A stretch of 63,744 nucleotides of DNA, filler included, from Dugesia japonica (Eukaryota), in assembly GCA_001938525.1 (NCBI GenBank). It is 6 parts of 6 records of this genome, joined end to end, with 100 filler letters (N's around TTAATTAATTAA, not from the genome) between each part and the next. Parts side by side here need not be neighbours in the genome. Positions count along the whole stretch, not along the records: positions 48,741 to 63,744 come from MQRL01503788.1; 5 more parts are not named here. The stretch is one strand, 5' to 3'. Shown piece by piece: positions 52,818 to 63,744 of this stretch. Under the pieces are notes generated by a model. That model searched no databases. It was not told the origin of the DNA and saw only the letters and a list, made by a program, of their open reading frames with translations. A program made the translations under genes and the position numbers. The first letter of the stretch is position 1. Each line of letters opens with the position of its first letter.

Positions 52818-55800
52818 TCATTTATATCCATGTGGAAGTGTTGTAATTCCATCATATAAAATATAACGTTTAAGCTACTTTTCTTTGTTTAAGATTATAA
52901 ATCTGATGTAATTTAGACCTCATTGAATAATTAGTATCATATATTATTTCTTTATTAAATAGTGAATTGTAATATTGTTCACGTCTAATTTGATTATGAG
53001 AAGCAACACCTTTATGTTTTACATAATCATTTTTATCTTTGAAAACTAAACAATAAGATTTTGCTTTGATAAAGAATCCTTCTATTATATCATTAGAGGA
53101 TGCATCTTCCATTTGGAATAGAATATCTCCAAGTAAATGTTTTATCTTGGGAAAGAATTCTTCTCATAATTCACCTTCATGTATAAATTCTATAATTAGT
53201 GAATCAGTATCAGAATAATGAATTTTGTATTGGTTTGAAATAATTTTAATTAAATCATCATATACAAATTTATAGATTATTATTTTCGCATACTCCAAGT
53301 CAAAGAAACCTATAAAAAGAAACTTGTTAAATAGAATACTATTCTTTCTATTAGTAATAGTTTCTAAATTTTCATTAAATATTTTACTAGATTTACATTA
53401 TGGTTTTAAAGCTTCAATTTGAAATTCTTTATCTGAAGTTACAATTTTAATATTCTTCCTTTTTCTAATATTTTCTAAGGTTTTACCATAAAATGAATTA
53501 TTGAGTAATTTGTACAAATTATCACCAAAAGAATTTCCATTAAGTTTTGCCTCTTTTCTTTTAGTGATATCATGTTCAATATAAGTTTCTAACCATGTAC
53601 TAGTTTCCATTATAATTTTACTANNNNNNNNNNNNNNNNNNNNNNNNNNNNNNNNNNNNNNNNNNNNNNNNNNNNNNNNNNNNNNNNNNNNNNNNNNNNN
53701 NNNNNNNNNNNNNNNCAGTTTTTTAATTTTAGAGAGTTTAGACTTACCTAATAATTTCTTTTGTAAAGGGCTTAACATTTCATATTTAATTTCTTGTTGA
53801 TCAACACAAAGAGGATAACATTTAATTCTTTCTTTTAGTTCATCAGGATAATCTAAATCTACTTCATAAATATAATCCTTGAATATTCCTGGTTTGGTTT
53901 TACTAGAGGGGTCGCGAATCTCAATATCATCTGTTGGAACATAATCTAAATCATCACAATTAATAAATACTCCAGTTGGTAATCTATTAGTCATACATGC
54001 TGCGTATAAACTATTCTGATCAAGGTTTTTAATTGTATTAGTAGGTGATGATTTAACATAACGATTACCAGTTACACCCGAAAATCCACCTCTAATACCA
54101 CGTTCTATTTTTAAGACATTATCAAAGTTAATTCTATTTACATTTTTCAAATGAACTTTACTAAACTTTAATCCTGCATTCCAAGTATAACCGGGAGCAG
54201 AAAACCATAACATGGATCAATTCCATTTTCAGCTAAACATGTAGACCTAAGAGCTTCAAAGAAATGTGCTAGAATAAAAGTATCAAGCTTTAGGTAATGT
54301 TTAGTATATTCATAAATGTTATTGGTAGACTTATAACCTTGAAGAAATGAATTATAATCCTTTTCATTCATTTCTTTCTGTTTTAATACATTGAAGAAAT
54401 CTTCCCTAGTGGGTATTTTGTTAGAGGTTAACTTTTTAATTACTGATTCATAATTTTCACCTTGTAGATAATTATAAGGATAGAATCCTTTCTTAGTGGA
54501 AAGACCTTGTGATTGTAATAAAGTATAATTATTTGATTTAGTTAAATTAACTCCCATTAACTCTACAGACGTAAATGAGCACATTCTTAATGAATCAAGA
54601 AACCTAATCCTTCTGAATTGATAATATATATAATTTTCATCATCATGTGGAATTAGAGATTTTATATCTTTAGGAAAGGTTGAAGATAATTCTGGAAATA
54701 ATAAGTGCTTATCAAAACCAGAGATATTATGAAAATAGCAAGGGATAAAGTAATTCCTTTCATGTAGAGATTTATCATGTAAATTACATTCCTTGTGAGC
54801 ATAACCTCTAAATTTATCATCAAGGTGATTATGATCAATTACAATTGGAGACGAAGTCACCGCTTCATTATTTAATTCTTGATCACAATAATAACATTTG
54901 TCACTAGGTTCATCTTGGGGTAGAGTTTCAGGGTCTAATTTATAACACGTGTTTAAAACTAAAGATGATAACTTTTCTTCCATATAATCTAACCATGCAA
55001 TGAAATCTGTAATATTAACAAATCCATTATATGTTGAAGGAAATAAATCTCCATACCTACTTACAACATATGCACCAATAAGTAGAGGGTGATGTTTATT
55101 ATCTAAATCTACCCATGTTTCAGTATCACAGTAAATTACAAATGGAGATGGATTTTTAAAGTAATGTTCTTCCTCATACATGAACTTTATTTGTGCTGGT
55201 TTATTATGTAAACATTCTTGTTGATGATTATTAAATTTATATAGTGTACTATACCTCATCATACAATTGATACATAATTCTGGTTTATTTCTCTTATTTT
55301 TATCCATGTAAAGTATACGCAAATCTTGTACAAGGGAGAAATAATTTTGATAGAGTATTAAATTACATTTCCTTTCACTTGGAATTGTATATGAATCATA
55401 GTGTGAAATGTAAATGGGGGTAATTTCAACTTTTCGGTTATCATCATGATTATAATCTTCAACTTCAAATATATTAACTTTGAATTCATTCTGTAATTCA
55501 AACCTTTTCACATCAGAAATCTTTATTGGAAATTCAATACCTTCAAAATTCAACTCTTGTTCATATTTATAAAGATGGTTCAAATCATTAAAATCAGGAT
55601 GAAGGTGAGCAAGTATGCTCCACATGAAACATTTCTGATCTCTATTTTTAATATTAATAACGCCTCTTCTATTGTATTGGTCGGGGAGAGGAAAATAATA
55701 ACTTCCAATTGAAGATTGATATCTAAACAATTCAATTTTAAATGAAAGTATAGAGTCTAAACTCCAACCAGAACCATGTAGTTCCTTTTCATACATTTGC

Positions 55801-56549
55801 TCTTCAAGATCAATTAAAATTTGATTTACAATATCTTCAATTTGATTATCCATTGTAATTCTATAAGGATCAGATTGAAAGCTGTTTTCAAAATCTGCAC
55901 TTGAATCGAAAGTAAAACTCTTTATATAAGAAGTTTTAATTGAAAGGTTAAACAATACATTTTTATATTTTGAATGATAAATTTTAATTGCTTCTTCAAT
56001 TTCCGCTTTGTATTCATATACTTTGTTTATGAATATTCTTTTAGTAAAATTTGAGTGTGGTTCTTCTTGTTCTGGTTCTAGTTCTGGTTTAGTTTCTGGT
56101 TCCTCTACTTTTATATCAAGATTATACTTCAATTCTACCTTTGACCTTCTAAATGTCTTTACAGAATCAAAAGTTAAATCTTTAAATAAATCCTTCAATG
56201 ATTGATTATCAGTTGAACCATCAAATTTTATCTGAGGTAATTCGTTTCTAAACAGTTTTAATAAATCTTTAGCGGGTAAACCACTTTTCAATTTATGACT
56301 TTTTTCACTAAAGTGACGATTAGAGTTTTTTTCATTATCAAAAGTCTTGTTANAAATTTTACATTCTTTAATAAACTCTATTGGGTTTTCCAAGAGCTTA
56401 ACTTTCTTCAAATGAGCTTTAGATTTTAAATGCTCACCACGACGATATTTACTTCTAAATGTTAAGTTACAAGGTGAACAATAAAGATCATTGGTTTTAT
56501 CATTGGTTATACTAGTGGTTTTATCAATGGTTTCACTACTGGTTGCCAT
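52818..56549 (-). pseudogene. polB: Protein-primed family B DNA polymerase with N-terminal zinc fingers; frameshifts and stops
   Basis: YCDTET, FHNISGFD (exonuclease); DHNHL..FRGYAHKECN (HNH-like); DQNSLY, KLLNNSFYGK, YSDTDS, KSY, TLPHGY. Confidence 0.95.
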
Positions 56550-56704
56550 TTTATAGTATTTAAATCTAAGTTAAATAGAGAATGGTTAGAGAGAATAGTT
56601 TTACTAATGGTTTTAGTAATGGTTTTACTAATGGTTTTACTAATGGTTTTAATATTTTATATTTTATATTCAAGCTGTTTTTAATATTTATATTTTAAAG
56701 ATTT

Positions 56705-57330
56705 TCATTTTATCTTTGGTAATTCTTTCGAGTGGTTATACAAGTGTTTATCCAAGTGTTTATCCAAATGTTTAGCTAAAGCTTTGGTTATATTTTCCAA
56801 TTGTTCTTTTAGAACATCTTTGGATGGTTCAACTTCGGATAGTACAACTTTGGCTGCTTCTTTTATTGCTAATAGTTTAGTCTTTACTTCTTTAATAATC
56901 TCTTTACTTTTGGTTATTTCTTCATCAGTCAAAATATCATCTTCTAATGCTTTACAATGAAATAAAAATAGTTCATTTTTAACGGCTTCTAATTCTTGAA
57001 CCATGTTTCTATATTTAGTAATTCTTTTCTTTATTATACTTACCCTAAGGAACCCATATGCAATTAAATATATTATGGGCATGCTGGCAATTATTCCTGT
57101 AACTACTAATGGAATACCAAAACCAAGAGTTCCTAGGATAATTATTGACCCTGATGCAATACCAATGATTGTACTTATACCAACATCCGTAAATCTAATT
57201 ACATTATCAAACTTTGACCATCTCTTTAATAGTTTATTATAATGATCAATCTTTTCTTTTATCCAATTTAAATCTGATTCAAAATCAGAAAGTCTTGATT
57301 GATTAAGTTTATGTTTGAAGGTTGATATGG
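56705..57330 (-). CDS. Polinton hydrophobic-hairpin protein (GasderminX-like in adintovirus nomenclature)
   Basis: The frame extends upstream of the called ORF through GISTIIGIASGSIIILGTLGFGIPLVV, then KALEDDILTDEE. Confidence 0.65.
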
Positions 57331-57624
57331 TTATATCAACCTATTATATTAACCGTTATAATATAATGTTAATAATAACAATGTTAATAATAATAATGTT
57401 AATTATAATATAACTGTTATAATAATAACCTGTTATATTAACCCCAAAGGGTTAACTAAAGGGTTTTTACAAGGGTTATTATCTTGACTCTTGATGATAC
57501 CATCTCCAAACATTGATTCAACTGAATTTTTATAACCACTTTTAGCATCAAAACTTTCTTTTTTCTATCTTTTGGTTTCTTGTTTATATTTTCAAAGAAT
57601 TCTTTAAAATTTAAATCAAAACAG

Positions 57625-58256
57625 TCAATATTTACATGCTCGGGGATAAATTGTATCTGATTTTCTAAGTCCTAACTTAGATATATAAATATTTCTTACT
57701 TCTTTGTTATCAGATCCATAACCAAATATTATATATCTTAATTCATCTGTTACTTTAATCAAGTTACCCCATGTAGCTTCTGGAATATATCCAACAAGAA
57801 AATATTCAACATTATCTTTTTTAACTAAATATATTTTAGTTGGTTCAATTCTTAATTCAGTGAATATTTGTCCTTTTGGAGTTCTTACTTCAAATTTCTT
57901 AGGGCTAAAAGATTTATTTCGATACATATCAGTTGGAACATCTTCAATTCTAAATGGTTTAAATTCATCTAAATATTTAAATTTTAATCTATTAGCTTCT
58001 TCAATTATTTCTTCATCACTTTTTTTGATGATTAGATTAGTGGCTACACTTTGTAAACCACTTTCCACATTCTTTATTGCTTCAATTGTAGGTTTTTGTT
58101 TAAAGGTCTCATCTTCAATTAAAAAAATTAGAATCTGTTTGTTGAGATACTAATAAATTAATTAATTTATTTCTACCTTTAATTTGATCTCTTAATATTT
58201 TAATTCTAGCACTAACCCAATCATCAGGATCATATTCTATGTTAAGCTTATCCATC
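57625..58256 (-). pseudogene. Polinton conserved hypothetical protein, frameshifted
   Basis: MDKLNIEY..ILRDQIK..ETFKQKPTIEAIK leading into the 147-aa ORF. Confidence 0.5.
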
Positions 58257-58411
58257 CTTTTTTAAATAGAAGGATTAGAATATGGTCTTAAATATATTCC
58301 ATCTCCTTGAGAAATAATCTCAACACCTTGTTTAAAATTCTTTGTTATATTTTTGGTTATATTTTTGATTATACTTTTGGTTATTGGAAGATCAATACTA
58401 CTCTTTAAATA

Positions 58412-58810
58412 TTAATATAAAGCACTTCCTTGATAAGAATTTAAATAAATTCCTAAACCCTCTACTTTAGTTTCTAGTTTAGCCTTTGCACTTAATTCAT
58501 TATTTAATATTTCTATTCTTTTCTCGACTTCTTGGGTCTCTTTTTGTTTCTTGATTGCATCCCTAGAGTTACTAACAGTACTCGCAATTCCAGATGCTAC
58601 TCCTGCTGTTCCCACTAACCCAGCAATTATGGTAGGAATAGCAGCAAGGAATGCGAATCCACCTTGGTATTCTTTATCTTGATAGCGACCCTTAATTACT
58701 TCTTTAACTCTTTTCTCAATCCAATAATTTTTACCATTAATTACAACAGATTTACATTTATCACTATTTACTAAATCCATTAATCCTTGTTCACTAATAT
58801 TAGTAGTCAT
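58412..58810 (-). CDS. Polinton small core/pX-like protein
   Basis: QGGFAFLAAIPTIIAGL..GVASGIA amphipathic segment; GLGIYL..Y motif, repeated downstream as GDGIYLRPY. Confidence 0.65.
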   Translation of the reverse strand: MTTNISEQGLMDLVNSDKCKSVVINGKNYWIEKRVKEVIKGRYQDKEYQGGFAFLAAIPTIIAGLVGTAGVASGIASTVSNSRDAIKKQKETQEVEKRIEILNNELSAKAKLETKVEGLGIYLNSYQGSALY

Positions 58811-58850
58811 AAATACTATTTATATAATAAATATTTTTAGTTTAATAATA

Positions 58851-59132
58851 ATGCCATTGGTAATTATTGATCAAGATCGTTTTGAAAAATATCCAGAAGT
58901 GATGAGAAAGTATAATGATCGTTTAAGTCAATATAACATGAATAAAAATAATAATAACCTTAGACAATATGCTACAAATGAATTTAATGAAATTAAATCT
59001 AAACTTGAACGTCTTAAATTCAAAATTGAACAATGTTATAATCATTATTTAAAAGGGAGATATGAAAATATTAAATATGATATTTACTTTTGGGTTTGTT
59101 ATTATAATAAAGATTATGATTCTTCAGATTAG
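58851..59132 (+). CDS. Polinton hypothetical protein
   Basis: Intact 93-aa ORF between core genes. Confidence 0.45.
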   Translation: MPLVIIDQDRFEKYPEVMRKYNDRLSQYNMNKNNNNLRQYATNEFNEIKSKLERLKFKIEQCYNHYLKGRYENIKYDIYFWVCYYNKDYDSSD

Positions 59133-59156
59133 AATAAACCATTTAGAATAAACCAT

Positions 59157-60010
59157 TTAGAATAAATTATTCATGGATAATTCTTTTTCTCTATCTAGAT
59201 AAAAGTAATTGTATTTCTCTTTCCAAGGGTAATTTGTTTCAAAATCATATTCATCCTTTGAATGGAATATGTTATTAAATAAATCATGATAAACATTATC
59301 CTTATCTCTTTTCCCCAACTTGAAGAAGATGAAACAATTACTATTATTTCTAATTGAATTTTTATCCAAATCATAATATGTTTGAGCAATATATATTACA
59401 TTACAATTATTATGTTTACTTCTAGTAAAGTAAGACTTTTGAATCTGTTGATTTTTCTCATTTACTACATCATCAAAGATTATTAAATTATTCAAGTCTT
59501 TTGGTAACTTATCACATGGTGATATATCACTAGGTTTATTACTAATTGTTATTTGAATTCTATCTGGATAATATATTATCGGTTCAACATACTTTTTCTC
59601 AATAAACCAATTAATAATTTCTATTAATTAATAATTTCTATTGGTAATTTGAAATCACAAGGTACTAAATGTTGCTTTTCGAATATTAATAANAAATCTT
59701 GTTTTGATAATCCAGCTTCAAATCCATGTTTAATTAATTGAATTTCAAACTGATTAATTGTTGTGCTAAAGATTATTAGATTATTCTAATCTATGAACTG
59801 GGTCCAAAGGTGTTGGCTAGATTCTTGGTTAGATTCTTGATTATTCTCTTCTATGGACCCCACCTGTAAAATCATTCTCATTAATAAAACATTCTTACCA
59901 CAACCCAAAGATCCAATAATTAATAATCTAAACTGAGATGGAAATATCTTATGTTTAAATTTACTTGCATTAGCTTTCCAAATTAATGGATCAATATTAC
60001 TTGAAGGTTG
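59157..60010 (-). pseudogene. A32/FtsK-like packaging ATPase, disrupted
   Basis: FRLLIIGSLGCGKN (Walker A), LIIFDD (Walker B), FTRSKHNNCNVIYIAQ, IRNN. Confidence 0.9.
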
Positions 60011-60055
60011 TTTATTATACAGTTTATTAAAGATATAAGTTAAAGAGAGCTCGCT

Positions 60056-61417
60056 CTATAATAAAGTCTTTTGAAGTTCATTGTCATAAAATCTACCAAG
60101 GATTTCTTCATTATTCAAATTCATAATTTCACAAGTAAAGGGTTTTGTTTGATATACTTTTGTTACAATAAATATTTCACTTGTCCATTTAGCTGTAAAT
60201 CCTTTTTCAAATTTATACTTGTATTTAAATATTCTTACTCGATCTCCAATTTTAAATTGTTGTTTAAAGGTGAAGTTGTCATTCATCTGGTTATTAATTA
60301 TTTCTTTAATCTTTTCAGGTTCATTACTAGCTTCTAATAGACTAACTTTAATTGAAGAATGAATGGTATTATTATAATCATTTACAATATCTTGTAATAG
60401 TTTATTATTCCAATTTTGGTTTCCAACTGAGGTAAAATGTTTATATAGTTTGTTTTTTAGAGTTCTGTTAAACCTTTCAATGAAGACAGCTTTACCTTCA
60501 TTTTCAGTTGAATATAAATTAATATTATTTTCATTACAAAAGGATTTAAAATACTTGTTATAAAATTCAGATCCTTTATCCACCCATAAATTATTAGGAA
60601 TTCAATTACTTGATTCAATAATATTTTCAAACCCTTTTGTAATTATTATTCCAGTTTTATTTTTACAAGTTTCAATGAAAGCAAAACTAGTATACAAATC
60701 AATTACTGTTAGTATTACTCTCTTGTTTATAAATATTAAATCAGCTGACCAAGTTTCATCTTTATCAATTATTATTACTTTAAGAAAGTGTTTTGGTTTT
60801 CTATATTCTTTGTGTAATTCTCTTGATAATATCGAGCTCGCTCCTTGGATAACCCCTTGGCCTAATAATATTTTACCCTTCATTGCTAGTTTAACTAGAG
60901 CTCTTTGTCTTTTTTCAGATGTTGATGGCTTTTCAATATTATTCAAATCATGTATCATGTTTACATCAGCTAAATGTCTATCTCTTAAATCTTCTGATTT
61001 GTAAGCTAGATCATGTTTTAAAGCACATTGATCTACTCTATTAATAGGTTCTTCTCCTGGTTTTGGTTTATTATTTTCATCTAACCTTAAATCTAACCTT
61101 GTTCCCGGCCCAATATAATTATGTTTAAACAAGTGTCTTTCACCAGGACACTTGGCTGTTGTAAAAGGGTTATACTTTGGATTTAATAATGTAGATGTTA
61201 ATTTAGAAGATTGTAAGTCACCTCCCTAGGATAACCCTTGTGTAACACCTTTGGATAACCCTTGTGTGAAACCTTGCATAACCCCTATATTATTCCACAA
61301 TTTGGTTATTTCATTGGTTCGGTCACTTGTACTTTTACATGTTCTATCATGTCTGGCTTTATTCTTTTTACCTAATACTTTTTTACATTTAGTACATTCA
61401 TAATTAATTAAAGACAT
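60056..61417 (-). pseudogene. Single-frame ZnF / PLA2-like / rve integrase ORF (454 codons, two internal stops)
   Basis: Three called ORFs share one frame: CTKC..HDRTC; YIGPG and HDLAY; WSADL, WVDKGSEF, IERFNRT (D,D,E); GRFYDNELQK tail. Confidence 0.88.
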
Positions 61418-61518
61418 TTTTGATTATACTCTTTATAACCACTTTTGATTCTTCACTTCTCTTACATTAGTTTAAACCCATTCCCTTTACATTCTCTGTA
61501 TAAATAATCTTTGAATTT

Positions 61519-61719
61519 TCAATCTTTAATTCTACATGCTTTTCTTGTAATATTATCCAATACAATTTTCCCTTTAGTTCTGAATCTTTGGTAATGTGGT
61601 AATTCAGTAATTTGGTTTCGTTCAATCAACTCTTTCATAATATTACCACAATCTTGTGATGAAAGTTTAACATTATCTTCTGTAACGAGAGTACAATTAA
61701 AACTAGGTAATTCAACCAT
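61519..61719 (-). CDS. Polinton hypothetical protein (possibly continuing 61780-62109)
   Basis: Open frame in the gene-dense element. Confidence 0.35.
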   Translation of the reverse strand: MVELPSFNCTLVTEDNVKLSSQDCGNIMKELIERNQITELPHYQRFRTKGKIVLDNITRKACRIKD

Positions 61720-61779
61720 ATCAGGTTTCTTTTCAAGGTTAAATTTCTCTAATATCTTATTATGTTAATCCCTCTCCTT

Positions 61780-62109
61780 TTAGAAAGATTCTTCTAATTG
61801 TTTTATATATTCAAAGTTCTTTTTATTTTCTGCATTTAAATGATTAATGAAATGATTCTTACAATCACTTTCACAAAACTTACTAACTAATAAACTTATA
61901 ATTATTTTAAACTTTTCAGAATCTTCATATTTATTTATCTCTGAATGTAACCCCCTCAACATTGTTATATAATTGTTTGCTGTTTTCTTTGTCAATTCAA
62001 GCTTACAAAAATTATTAATTTCCTCAGCACTAAACTTTTCCAAGGCAGCAAATTTATCTATTGTATTAAATAAAGTATTTAAACTAAGAACATCTTTTTT
62101 TCTCTTCAC
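61780..62109 (-). CDS. Polinton hypothetical protein
   Basis: 109-aa open frame. Confidence 0.45.
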   Translation of the reverse strand: MKRKKDVLSLNTLFNTIDKFAALEKFSAEEINNFCKLELTKKTANNYITMLRGLHSEINKYEDSEKFKIIISLLVSKFCESDCKNHFINHLNAENKKNFEYIKQLEESF

Positions 62110-62140
62110 TCATTTTCTATACAAATAATTTAAGGAAATG

Positions 62141-62350
62141 GTAATCTGAAAACTGTAATCTGAAAACAGAACTGTAATCTGAAAACAGAACTGTAAACAG
62201 AACAGAAAACAGAACAGTAATACAAAAACAGAACAGTAATACGAAAACAGAACAGTAAATAGAACAGTAATCTGAAAACTGTAATCTGAAAACTGTAATT
62301 TGAAAACTGTAATCTGAAAACTGTAATCTAAAAAAGGTAATCTGAAAACG
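62141..62350. repeat. Tandem GTAATCTGAAAACT / CAGAACAGTAA array between divergent gene blocks
   Basis: Mixed ~14-mer and shorter units, directly visible. Confidence 0.9.
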
Positions 62351-62382
62351 GAACACGGTAAATGATTTTTTTCAATATAGAA

Positions 62383-62745
62383 ATGTCTTCTAATTTAGAG
62401 GAAGAAGAGTTTCATGAGTTGTTAAAAAGTTATGATTTTATAAAAAATTCCTTAATTAGTTTTTCTAGAATATATGGAATATGTGTTAAAACAATAACAA
62501 AATATTTAAACTTACTTAACATTTCCTATAATAAACAAACTAGAGTAATTAAACAAAAACGTAGTATCAATGGAAGATTTACTTATTCTATAATTAGATC
62601 TACTCAAAAGAAACATATTCATCAAAAACCTATTCAACAAGAATTACCCTCTCCAAATAAAGATAAATCTTATTTAGATTACAATAATATGTCTAATGAA
62701 GAGTTTCTCAAACAAGTAGAAACCTCTGTTTGTAATACTAAATAA
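62383..62745 (+). CDS. HTH-like protein, paralog 1
   Basis: SFSRIYGICVKTITKYL..KRSINGRF; duplicated immediately downstream. Confidence 0.65.
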   Translation: MSSNLEEEEFHELLKSYDFIKNSLISFSRIYGICVKTITKYLNLLNISYNKQTRVIKQKRSINGRFTYSIIRSTQKKHIHQKPIQQELPSPNKDKSYLDYNNMSNEEFLKQVETSVCNTK

Positions 62746-62765
62746 AGTTAAATTATTATTAATAA

Positions 62766-63083
62766 ATGTCTACTAATTTAGAGAAAGAAGATTTTCATAA
62801 CCTTTTACAGAATTATGATTTCATCAAGCCTTCAGTCTCTAGTTTTGCAAAGAAATATGAAATCTCTGAGAAAACAATTAGAAAACATTTAAATTTATTA
62901 AAAATATCATATAATAAACAAACAAGAAACATTAATCAAAAACGTAGTGTTAATGGTAGATTAAGTTATTCTTTACTTAATCCTAATCATGATCCAATTC
63001 AAGAAGAACCCATTCAAAGTGAAAAAAATACTTATCTCCCTATAAATATTAATATAACTCTAAAGATTAATAATAAACAATAA
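62766..63083 (+). CDS. HTH-like protein, paralog 2
   Basis: SFAKKYEISEKTIRKHL..KRSVNGRL. Confidence 0.65.
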   Translation: MSTNLEKEDFHNLLQNYDFIKPSVSSFAKKYEISEKTIRKHLNLLKISYNKQTRNINQKRSVNGRLSYSLLNPNHDPIQEEPIQSEKNTYLPININITLKINNKQ

Positions 63084-63222
63084 ACCCACCATCATAACCC
63101 ACCATCATAACCCACCATCATAACCCACCATCATAACCCACCATCATAACCCACCATCATAACCCAACCATCATAACCCACCATCATAACCCACCATCAT
63201 AACTCACTATCTTAACCCACCA
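63083..63222. repeat. (AACCCACCATCAT)n 13-mer tandem repeat
   Basis: About 10 near-perfect units. Confidence 0.92.
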
Positions 63223-63270
63223 CTTTGGTTATACATTTGTTTAATATAATTAAATATTCTACTATAAAAA

Positions 63271-63534
63271 TTGGATAACCAACTAGATAACCAACTAAAT
63301 AACCATTTCTATAGTCAACCTTGTGATTTAACTTTTAGAAGTAAATATAATAAACAGGAACATTTAAAATCTAAAGCTCATTTGAAGAAAATAACTCCTT
63401 TAGATTATATTACAGAATGTAAAATTTGTAATAAAACTTTTAATAATTCAACAAATTCTAACAGTCACTTTAATGGTAAAAGTCATAAGGTTTTATCTAA
63501 TGATTCAACGCAACACCATAACCAAACACCATAA
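63271..63534 (+). CDS. Stand-alone copy of the pPolB N-terminal zinc fingers
   Basis: PCDLTFRSKY..EHLKSKAHLKK..ECKICNKTF..HF..KSHK matches the pPolB N-terminus. Confidence 0.6.
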   Translation: MDNQLDNQLNNHFYSQPCDLTFRSKYNKQEHLKSKAHLKKITPLDYITECKICNKTFNNSTNSNSHFNGKSHKVLSNDSTQHHNQTP

Positions 63535-63744
63535 CCCAACACAATAACCCAGCACCATAACCCAGCACCATATCCCAGCGCCATAACCATTTTTTACACT
63601 TTCCTTGCTGGACTTTTATAACCACTTTTTCTTCATTGTTTCTGGTTTAATATTTTAGTTTAATGTTTTAGTTTAATATTTTAGTTTAATATTTTAGTTT
63701 AATATTTATTAGTTTTTTTATTCTGGGAAAAATCATCAATCACC

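Larger units (their letters stand above)
52448..63744 (-). mobile_element. Polinton/Maverick (adintovirus-like) element, decayed and apparently lacking capsid genes
   Basis: AGTAGT terminus; TIR match 52655-52812 with ~63580-63744 (right TIR cut by the window end); pPolB, packaging ATPase, rve integrase, PLA2-like domain. Confidence 0.95.

Noticed and set aside
56008-61004. Plus-strand ORFs 56008, 57003, 57860, 60071 and 60675
   Set aside because: Antisense shadows of real minus-strand Polinton genes.
62117-63222. Repeat arrays as CRISPR, and ORF 62117-62356 as a gene
   Set aside because: No unique spacers, eukaryotic context; the ORF is translated tandem repeat.

Overview
AT-rich eukaryotic (probably invertebrate animal) DNA. 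It is not one locus: six scaffolds are joined by artificial N44-TTAATTAATTAA-N44 linkers (scaffolds 1-9556, 9657-18133, 18234-26781, 26882-39852, 39953-48640, 48741-63744). Host content is a spliced HOIL-1/RBCK1-like RBR E3 ligase 3' half plus one or two small unknown genes. The rest is mostly mobile DNA: two decayed mariners, a Buster/Charlie-type hAT, several Gypsy LTR retrotransposons (one nested in another), Penelope-like fragments with minimal hammerhead ribozyme motifs, a ZnF-Ulp1 protease ORF joined to a GIY-YIG domain, and an ~11.3 kb Polinton/adintovirus-like element with no visible capsid genes. The most unusual structure is at 26.9-38.7 kb: a nested stack of copies of an unclassified 4.3 kb element with TGTTGGGG...CCCCAACA ends and a 4-bp TSD. 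It has no recognisable transposase. It carries a CCAAT/TATA promoter, a leader exon ending in A, and a series of separately polyadenylated ORFs, some beginning AG|TG, so splicing would assemble their ATG. All calls come from reading the sequence by eye; no searches were run.
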